DNA from: a virus
Direction: 5' to 3' (one strand)
DNA length: 64,000 nucleotides
Virus record (IMG/VR): IMGVR_UViG_3300025617_001208
Coordinates: 1 to 64,000 of that record
Part shown: positions 58,201 through 64,000 of the stretch, in pieces
Position numbering within the stretch: the first letter of the stretch is position 1
Layout: every line of letters begins with the position of its first letter
Position numbers and translations under genes: made by a program
The notes under the pieces: model-generated
What the model was told of the DNA's origin: nothing
The model's input: the letters and a program-made list of their open reading frames with translations, nothing else
Database searches by the model: none

Positions 58201-61200
58201 AAACAATGTCGGGACTGCTCTATCACCATTTGCACTAGCAACAATTAAATTGTCTTCGCTAAAGTTTAAATCAATACCAAACAGTTCACCTTCGGCACCG
58301 GTTGGAGGATACAACGTTTGATTTAACGCATACTCGTTACCTGTATATCTGTAAACATAAACTGATCCAAACGATGTACCTTTATCGTTGTTTCTAATAG
58401 CACTTACAGCAATAGCATTTCCGTTGGCACTGATAGCAATATTACTGCCAAATTCTTCGCTTAAATCAGTAGTTTCAATTGTTTCGTAATATGTATATCT
58501 ATTATTCTCACGTCTGTATACACTTACTTTATTTGTATTGAGAGTATCTTCACCATTTAAAATTAGTACTTCTCCGTTTGTACTAAGATCAAAATCAGTA
58601 GCAATGTTATATCCGCCAGCAACTCCTAAATTATCGCTTTCTTCATTTAATAATTCATTTTGAGGAGGAACATAACCTTTATAATCAACAAACTGATCTA
58701 GTAGCTCCCAATTGTTTAAATTAAATGCTTGTGCTGACATGTCTTTTTTTGCACGATATAAATTGCTATCACCTGTATCACCGGCTGTATTATTGTAGTA
58801 TACTATTTCACCCTGAATATAACTCTCTGCTGCCGAGAATGTTCCTCGAAAATTGTCATCTCTGCTAAACTTCCAAGTACCATCGTCTGTATCGTTATCA
58901 AAGAAATAAATTCTACCGCTTGCAGCATCACTAGCAACATACAATCTTAAAATGCCATCGATGTCTTTTCTGCATTTTACAATTCTGCCAAATCTTTCAC
59001 TTGTTGTTGGAATTGGACTTAATATTGTTGTTTCTAATTCGTATGTTGTACCAACTTCTGCTTTTTTATAAACGCAAACTGCGCCTCTAATAGAAGCAGT
59101 TGGCGAACCGTCTTCATCTACTGATATTATATTAGCACGTTCCCAGTCTTGGCTTTGTTTGTTAACTGTGCTAGTATCCGACCCGTCTATGTCAACCTTA
59201 GCTCTCCAAAGAGTGCCTCTGTCATTAACAATTTCTCCTGCGCTATAACTAGTGCCTAGTACAATATTGCCTTTATATCTTGTTAATAGATTAGCTGCGT
59301 TAGGAGCGCCAACAAACAAATATTCTCCGTTTGGAGACATACTTACACTATATCCAAATTCGCTATTATTACCAATAATAGAAGTTTCGGCTCCGTAATT
59401 TTCTGTAGATGAAAAATCACCGTTTTCACCTATACGGTTGTAAACAATAACTCTGCCATTAGAATTTGGATCTCCAATTGCAAGTCTAGTGTTTGTTTGA
59501 TCTACTGCTATTGCATCGCCAAAATTTGTTTTTAATCCTGTTTGCGGATTAACTATAATATCTTCAACATCGTATACAGGAGTATTTTCAAGAACCGACC
59601 ATTTGTCATTTCCTAAATTATCTATCCAAGCTCTGTTACCAACAGAAACATCATTGACGTTTAAAACATTATTATATGCGTCAATGTTTTCAAATCTTCG
59701 CGGCGCAACTTTTATAACTATTCCTCTGCTACTATCTGATAAATCAATGCCTTCTTCTGAAATGTTATCTTCAGTATAAAATTCAACTTCTTTATATCCA
59801 GTATAGATTACCTGTCTAAACCCGTCTAATTCGTTTGCGACATTGGTTAACCCAATAATGTCACCGCTTTGTAAATCGTGATTAATGTCAAAAATTGCTT
59901 TAAAACCTGTAATTGTTTTTTCTATTTTTTCAACTTGGTATTCTTTTTTAGCAAACTCATATACATTCCAATCTAGTCCGTCGTCTGTAACCCAAACAAA
60001 CTGTCCTTGTTTAACTAAGTTAATATCAAACCCTAACAACTGACTTACATTAGGAGTTATAAAATCAATTTGCGCAGGCGCTACATAGCCCGCGGTTTTT
60101 GTTATTTCTTCATAGTTTTCAAATTCAAAAATTTGTTGGTTGTAATTTGCTGGTTTAACTTGTAAATCAGTAGATGGAACTTGATATATAAAATCAGTTC
60201 TAGTATTATCAACTGATTTAACTAATTCAAAAGGCTGAGGTGTTAGTTTATATTTTGATTCGTCAATGGTAATTTCATATTCGTCAAAACTATCAGTTGC
60301 ACCATATTGACCTGCTCTGATTGCCCATTCCTCGAAAAATTCAATACTGTCTTTGTCTGCACTACTAAGTTTATCAAATAATTTAGTTAGCACATTTTTA
60401 GTACCTTTGTCTTGTATCATTCCTTGATAAAATTTATACTGACTAATATCGTCGTTAATGATATTTTTTAAATATTCTCTTTTTTGATATCCAATTAAGT
60501 GCTGTGCAAGTCTTTGCTGCTCAGTATCAAAATTATCAGTATCTAAGTCATAAAAATCTGCAAATTGAGCAGCTCTATAATCAAAGTTAGGAATTAATTG
60601 ATTAACCGGCTTTTCTACTAATGTTGACCAATTTATGTTGTTAAAAAATTCACCACTTGTATGACTAACTATCGAAGTATAATATTTGTCTTTATATTGT
60701 ACTACATCGCCAATTATATAATCTTTATAACTTTTCCATTTTGTAACTTTAGGTTCGTCGAACACAAATCCTGGTATGTTTAAAGTACCGCTCCAGTTAG
60801 CAGTTCTATAGCCAGTTACTTTAATTCGTTCTTGTCTGTATCCACTGGTTTCATTGTAAATTGTATCTGCAAAAACAGTATCATTATCAATCACAATGCA
60901 ATGTTCTTTTTGCACTAAGAATAAACGAATAAAATAAACACCAACATTATCGTCGTTACTTGCAAGACTAAAACTGTTATCTGTATCTCTTACTAAATTA
61001 ACAAATTCATTTGATAATAATTTACCGTCTTGATCTAAAACTTCGTAATCAAAAATACTGTCATACAAACTATCTGGCAAATAGAAATCTCTTTTAAACT
61101 GTATTTTGTTTGCACTAGGAGACAAACTTATTATACTGTTTTCTCCCCAGTTTTGTGTTGTCCAGAATAAAAATTCTTTAGCACTTAATCTAAAGTTTTC

Positions 61201-64000
61201 AACTATTCCGTACTTTGCATTATTATAATCAAATATAAATCCAACAGATTTTAAATATCGGTCATATCCTAACAGAAAATCAATTACTTGCTGATATGAA
61301 GTAAACACAGTTCCGTACTGAAGGTAAGATAATTGCGATGAAAACCGTTTACTAAATCTTGCTGTACGACCGCCGACTGTAGGAAGAGTTCCTAATTTTG
61401 AAAATTTAGTAGTATCAAAGATATTATTGCTTGTATGAGTTTCTGTCACTCTATAATAGTTATTATCATATCTTACAATGCCGCCTGCAACGTAAAGTTT
61501 TTCTTCGTTCCAAGTACTAAAAGTTTCGCTTATACCGCCAACTGTAACAAACGGATCGCTATTAGTTTCTGTTGCACTATAATAAGGAAACGTTGGATTA
61601 TATCTATCATATCCATTTATTTTATACCCAGTTGGAACTTTTTCAATTACAACACCGCTATATGTAACTACTTCATAAGGACTACTAGTTTTTAAGAAAA
61701 GATTATAATTTTCTTGCGGAGTAAATATATCGCCCGAACTATTTGGTGTTTTACTGTCCAATACAAGATTTATTTTATCTTTATCACTAAATCCTGCTAA
61801 TCTAAAACTTAGATTAAAGTTAATTGATTTTACATATTCTACATATGTTTCGTATGACATATTATTATAATCTATATAACCTTTAATATAGTTTAAAAGT
61901 CCTGCACTTTTATTATTAAAATCAATGTTAGTTGTTGATATTGATGTTTTATGATCATATATAATATTTCCAGCTAAGTTTTTAGAAATTTTACTATAGT
62001 CGTAAGTTAACCCAAATATCTGTGCAGGACGTAACAATAACATTGCATTTAGTAAACTAAATGGATATTCTGAACTTCGGCGCCATGCAGTTTCAGCAGG
62101 ACCTTGATCTCCGAACTCAAAACTATATCCAATCTGATTTGCAAAACTAAAATCTTTTGAAAATCCTGTTTGGAAAGGACTTCTTATTCTTCCATATTCG
62201 TCAACTGGTATTTGTTTTAATAAATTTGGTCTAGCAAATCTAACATCTTTTACAACAGACGTATTAGGTTCTCTAATAATTCCAGCTTCTAAATCTTTCC
62301 ATAACGGCAAGTTATTACTTGTGTAAGGTGCTGGGCCGTATACTTCTTCCCACCATGTTGGCTGTATGCTGAATCCCAACATTTCCCAAGGAGTTAAATT
62401 TGGTGTATCTGTATCGTAAGCATTTTTATAAACAGCTCTCCAAAATCCTTCTAATTTTGTTCCATTAATATCGCTAGACGATTTATAATTGTAAGTAAAC
62501 GAATCATTTATATCACTGTATTTGTTGACATTGAAATCATAAACTTGAGCTACATTAGTCCAATTTATAAAATCTGCAATCATTATGTTATTAACATCTT
62601 TTTGATTTAACCCTGTGTCTCTATAACGCCCGGGTATAAAATTAAATAAGTCAAAATTATCAGGATTATAACGTGTTTTAACATTATTAAAAATACGTTT
62701 TTCTAGCTCTAGTAACAAGTCATCACGGAAATCGTTAAACGCAATTGTTCTGCTTCCGTCATGTCCTATAACTACTTTAGTTGGAGTGCTGTATGTATTA
62801 TCAATATAAATTTTTGGTTCGTATAACGGATACAAACCTAGCTTACTAGGAGTTGGCGGAACAAAACACCCGTCAGTTGTTTCGTACTCGTGTATTTCAA
62901 TTTTGTCGTCAATTTCAACAGAATAAATATATACAAATCCTTCTTCGGTGAATGTATATTCGTTTTCGTAAATTAACTGTGTACCGTTTTTGTATATTAA
63001 AACAGATTTACTTGTTAGTTTATTTAAATTAAATGCACTAGTTAATGGATAATAAGGATTTCCAGAATCTAAAACAGTATACTCAATTATATTTTTGCCG
63101 CCAAATGGCACCGTATCACTATTATAAAATGCATCGTTTCTTGTTTTATTTAAAGCAAATTGTTCTAACAAATAATCTACATGCTTTACATCTGTGTTAT
63201 TGTATCCGTCATATGTAGCAATTCTTAAGAACTCTCTTTTAAATTTGCTGTATTCTTTTAAAGCAAATTTTAAAGAATTAACAACATTATAATCTTTTGA
63301 TGTTAAATGATACAGTGCTAACCCTATAGGCCCTGAATGCTGTACAAACCTATCTCCATAAATTTCAATATTTCCTAAGTCTCGTAAATTACCAACTCCT
63401 GGATGTATTCCATTAAAGTTGTCATTGTTTTCGACTATAGTCTGTACATGATCGTTAACTTCACCGATTGTAAATTCAGTTACATCTAAGTTGTTAGGAT
63501 TTCTTTCTAAATTATATGCAGTTTCATAATATCCGTTTTCATTTTTACTAGACGTTGAATAACATTTAATAATTAATCTATCGTTTTCAGAAATATCATT
63601 GTTTAAAACAATTAAAACTTGTTGTTTAGAATTTGTTGTTAAAGTATAATCAATGTTTTCTTTTAAGAAACTTCTGTTAGTAAATAACTTAATTTTTAAA
63701 TCACTTATTGTTGCACTCTTATCAAAACAGTTTACAACAAAATTATTAGTTTGTTGCGATCCTTGAAAGTCAAGTATTACTGCTTGATTGCTTTTTTCAA
63801 AATGTTTCTTCCATGCATTTTCAAAAGAAATTTCTCCAGTATAACTATCTGTAATTTTTACAAATCCTTGATTACTAGGAATATCTATAGTTTCGTCGTT
63901 AATAATATATGTATTGCTTTGTTTTAGTAAATCAAATTCAAAAACAATGTCGCCTACATTATTAATATTCTTATAAGAAATTGGAAATCCTAATTCTGTA
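52228..64000 (-). CDS. giant virion structural protein (baseplate wedge / adhesin-like), 5' end outside window
   Basis: Manual translation shows the frame stays open from 63171 to the window edge (>=3923 aa). Contains FG-GAP-like propeller repeats, W...Y..G..V.Y....Y modules and F.GDG repeats. Confidence 0.8.
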   Translation of the reverse strand, partial: TELGFPISYKNINNVGDIVFEFDLLKQSNTYIINDETIDIPSNQGFVKITDSYTGEISFENAWKKHFEKSNQAVILDFQGSQQTNNFVVNCFDKSATISDLKIKLFTNRSFLKENIDYTLTTNSKQQVLIVLNNDISENDRLIIKCYSTSSKNENGYYETAYNLERNPNNLDVTEFTIGEVNDHVQTIVENNDNFNGIHPGVGNLRDLGNIEIYGDRFVQHSGPIGLALYHLTSKDYNVVNSLKFALKEYSKFKREFLRIATYDGYNNTDVKHVDYLLEQFALNKTRNDAFYNSDTVPFGGKNIIEYTVLDSGNPYYPLTSAFNLNKLTSKSVLIYKNGTQLIYENEYTFTEEGFVYIYSVEIDDKIEIHEYETTDGCFVPPTPSKLGLYPLYEPKIYIDNTYSTPTKVVIGHDGSRTIAFNDFRDDLLLELEKRIFNNVKTRYNPDNFDLFNFIPGRYRDTGLNQKDVNNIMIADFINWTNVAQVYDFNVNKYSDINDSFTYNYKSSSDINGTKLEGFWRAVYKNAYDTDTPNLTPWEMLGFSIQPTWWEEVYGPAPYTSNNLPLWKDLEAGIIREPNTSVVKDVRFARPNLLKQIPVDEYGRIRSPFQTGFSKDFSFANQIGYSFEFGDQGPAETAWRRSSEYPFSLLNAMLLLRPAQIFGLTYDYSKISKNLAGNIIYDHKTSISTTNIDFNNKSAGLLNYIKGYIDYNNMSYETYVEYVKSINFNLSFRLAGFSDKDKINLVLDSKTPNSSGDIFTPQENYNLFLKTSSPYEVVTYSGVVIEKVPTGYKINGYDRYNPTFPYYSATETNSDPFVTVGGISETFSTWNEEKLYVAGGIVRYDNNYYRVTETHTSNNIFDTTKFSKLGTLPTVGGRTARFSKRFSSQLSYLQYGTVFTSYQQVIDFLLGYDRYLKSVGFIFDYNNAKYGIVENFRLSAKEFLFWTTQNWGENSIISLSPSANKIQFKRDFYLPDSLYDSIFDYEVLDQDGKLLSNEFVNLVRDTDNSFSLASNDDNVGVYFIRLFLVQKEHCIVIDNDTVFADTIYNETSGYRQERIKVTGYRTANWSGTLNIPGFVFDEPKVTKWKSYKDYIIGDVVQYKDKYYTSIVSHTSGEFFNNINWSTLVEKPVNQLIPNFDYRAAQFADFYDLDTDNFDTEQQRLAQHLIGYQKREYLKNIINDDISQYKFYQGMIQDKGTKNVLTKLFDKLSSADKDSIEFFEEWAIRAGQYGATDSFDEYEITIDESKYKLTPQPFELVKSVDNTRTDFIYQVPSTDLQVKPANYNQQIFEFENYEEITKTAGYVAPAQIDFITPNVSQLLGFDINLVKQGQFVWVTDDGLDWNVYEFAKKEYQVEKIEKTITGFKAIFDINHDLQSGDIIGLTNVANELDGFRQVIYTGYKEVEFYTEDNISEEGIDLSDSSRGIVIKVAPRRFENIDAYNNVLNVNDVSVGNRAWIDNLGNDKWSVLENTPVYDVEDIIVNPQTGLKTNFGDAIAVDQTNTRLAIGDPNSNGRVIVYNRIGENGDFSSTENYGAETSIIGNNSEFGYSVSMSPNGEYLFVGAPNAANLLTRYKGNIVLGTSYSAGEIVNDRGTLWRAKVDIDGSDTSTVNKQSQDWERANIISVDEDGSPTASIRGAVCVYKKAEVGTTYELETTILSPIPTTSERFGRIVKCRKDIDGILRLYVASDAASGRIYFFDNDTDDGTWKFSRDDNFRGTFSAAESYIQGEIVYYNNTAGDTGDSNLYRAKKDMSAQAFNLNNWELLDQFVDYKGYVPPQNELLNEESDNLGVAGGYNIATDFDLSTNGEVLILNGEDTLNTNKVSVYRRENNRYTYYETIETTDLSEEFGSNIAISANGNAIAVSAIRNNDKGTSFGSVYVYRYTGNEYALNQTLYPPTGAEGELFGIDLNFSEDNLIVASANGDRAVPTLFDQTLIRVNDTSFDNNTTKFFNKFEDSGTIYIFQNFNNNYLYAEELDWNYDTSLSSKPIILTNFNHIYISYPRLEYTADFGVVINLKREKGTYSWKKLSEQIDTPNINKIKRAFLFDKKTNDILTFLDVIDPIQGKIAGPADEVIDLKLAFDPASYSVDVTTNNKGDYWAAEYVGQYWWNTESTKWYNPYQGNAENQTSFWNKLVPSSKTEVFEWVESDYLPSEWDELADTNDGIIEGISGLSKYGDFKYSVGRKYNAITETFETKYYFWVRNKKLLSNENKKISSNDAEQLIKDPQSAGYVFMSALSTNKFALHNVGSFIKDKDIALHIDVYKGEINDRNIHTEYKLLSEGLAGSNPPASFIEKWIDSLVGYDENLRPVPDTELGETKKYGIETRPRQGLFRNGLEALKQTIERTNLILKQQIITDFKDITDLSKQDQQPRILEGKFDISVDTINDIQTVGVANAKRAVLNPTIDNGKLISVEIQNQGYGYKSAPIVTITGTGTDAEVTTTIDNFGRVNSVTIVDSGKNYSLIDLQVRPFSLLVEADAELNGKWAIYEYDYAGNFERVKYQKWNVENFWSYIDWYDTDYDENTAIDYLIDGSYQLNSLNDRIGDVVKIKDVGAGGWLLLQKIDVQPEVDYTVNYKTIGRQNGTIKFNSKLYQNTNFGFDKIGFDNLVYDTEPVNERRIILETIKNKIFVEDLEIKFNDILFTGIRYALYEQQTVDWIFKTSFLTAKHNLGVLDQRINFKSDNLDSYKDFISEVKPYSSKIREYISAYESLENSQTMISDFDLPPRYDNIQNKIVTETVKFYNERVVGDREFIETYPQKNWLDNYKFKIQELVIYNQGHGLNSQPVITISGGNGPTIIGKGYRTGDKLTSIDIDYSDALYTSQPSIEINGSYDDDYEIPRIIAVLGDSPVRSTHMIMKFDRVSGNFVFTDLKTVETFTGTGAQKTFNTKWPLDLRKSRISITVNGNDVLYTDFETSNIKNTSKTYERTLGQIVFETAPANNAVIEITYYKDSAMLSAADRINAYYNPTNGMPGITKNEDGTTNLGQLMTGINYDGVNLESVDFATEQGFDIGGFGTIPWDIFSQTEDEIFTLDGSTLVLTLSKPLEDGVAYNIYKNNVRIDDPNFDGSSAITNKNALLNTVYGDGVTDEILISNEVPTAAGDIFIVRKETSDGSFEPADNVLDTELTGGGFNNTAKGLNSGEITVDGDGFVTPITSAGPEEVVPGQIVDTLDIQVKHKPADGQGIKTSYIYKTKGNTLSYSIDMLPQSQQAIIVNLNGNKVDIDSYTVDYENNLLVFEDDSTIQDDQDLHIIVVGNNGNDILESDTFIGDGNTKIFVTGIKFTNPISSFVTINGVVQQVGLNYEIFETDSSYKQENCAALRFSRAPSAGELIGFSLYNNDTKSFSEIMVDKSFVGDGVNYVYKFDKNNMTYTAKPFTHKMLVKQGDKFLNAGYNIRHIVTNDRVYGIQQWQFEKPSKISNDDVVVILNNRVITDTKDYRWDAINSRIEFLNPTIGNVGDILEIYILGNGEYYFIDTVVDLVDMDDSTKLGVLHDEGDLISFVMEDSTQIFATVKSSEETDNGVRLTLNGYFKELKVKSAENDIPLELTGVKSASYPLAVRIDNVTFVESENLTFKKVPEEGERVEIITFSEHDVNNFDRLSFEVLYTPVISSSSDEYNTAIQLTNGRIKLNQPAAGVNYVWVIQDNKLLRPSVDYNLMSNNTVVNLFNKPADNEVVEIIQFAANVTSEKYGFRIFKDMLNRVHYKRLNEASVFKLGQPLNYFDQYITLEDTTGIPIPNRTNGKPGVLFIEGERIEYYAIEGNLLRQIRRGTLGTGVKTQYAAGTKMQEQGETETIPYKDKDLQQIFVSDGSTNIYNLDFDILNYNEVEVIVGGKKLRKPATQEFTVFDPLIDQDSPEGDNVVQPEFTIDADNDTIILRDDVPTGVRIVIQRKQGKIWTDDLSTSDSKIARFIRAGTIKLSK

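Noticed and set aside
801-61695. Numerous 60-170 aa ORFs antisense or out-of-frame within larger genes (e.g. 1956-2477, 32844-33296, 46133-46573)
   Set aside because: Shadow ORFs fully overlapping well-supported genes, with no motifs or translation signals.
63169-63171. TTG start of the giant ORF as given in the ORF track
   Set aside because: The frame continues without a stop to position 63999; the true start lies outside the window.
1-64000. Stop-codon reassignment or selenocysteine read-through, as seen in some jumbo phages
   Set aside because: Genes are full-length and tightly coupled under code 11. TAA, TGA and TAG all end genes at sensible positions (TAG at 1050, 19891, 27416).
1-64000. 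tRNA, rRNA, riboswitch (e.g. cobalamin or SAM), intron or intein
   Set aside because: Intergenic gaps are all under about 100 nt and are explained by promoters/terminators. No cloverleaf, riboswitch-length spacer or intein-type motif was noticed. A covariance-model scan (tRNAscan-SE/Infernal) would be needed to exclude them formally.

Overview
AT-rich, densely coding window that reads as part of a large T4-like/jumbo tailed phage genome in the standard genetic code. No rRNA, tRNA, CRISPR array or mobile element was seen. Three zones: (1) 1-6 kb, early/middle genes (C-terminus of a T4 RNase H-like 5'-3' exonuclease, small hypotheticals, a stand-alone Smr nuclease, a MoxR-type AAA+ ATPase with a HExxH/VWA partner). 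(2) About 7.5-45.3 kb, a very large tailoring-enzyme island: 15 radical SAM genes in four architectural classes (8 with N-terminal twitch domain, 4+2 with C-terminal twitch, 1 cobalamin-dependent), 6 Fe(II)/2-oxoglutarate-type oxygenases, 4 glycosyltransferase-like proteins, 2 nitroreductase-family proteins (one fused to a phycobiliprotein/globin-like domain), an SDR, a class I methyltransferase and a GNAT-like protein. Tail-fibre-like genes bracket and interrupt the island. (3) 43-64 kb, virion tail/baseplate genes ending in a giant (>=3923 aa) protein that runs off the window. The best candidate for an undescribed system is the radical-SAM/oxygenase/glycosyltransferase island. Its position, and a TAAATA late-type motif shared with structural genes, suggest heavy post-translational or glycan modification of virion proteins (inference). 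All family calls come from motifs read by eye; no database searches were run.
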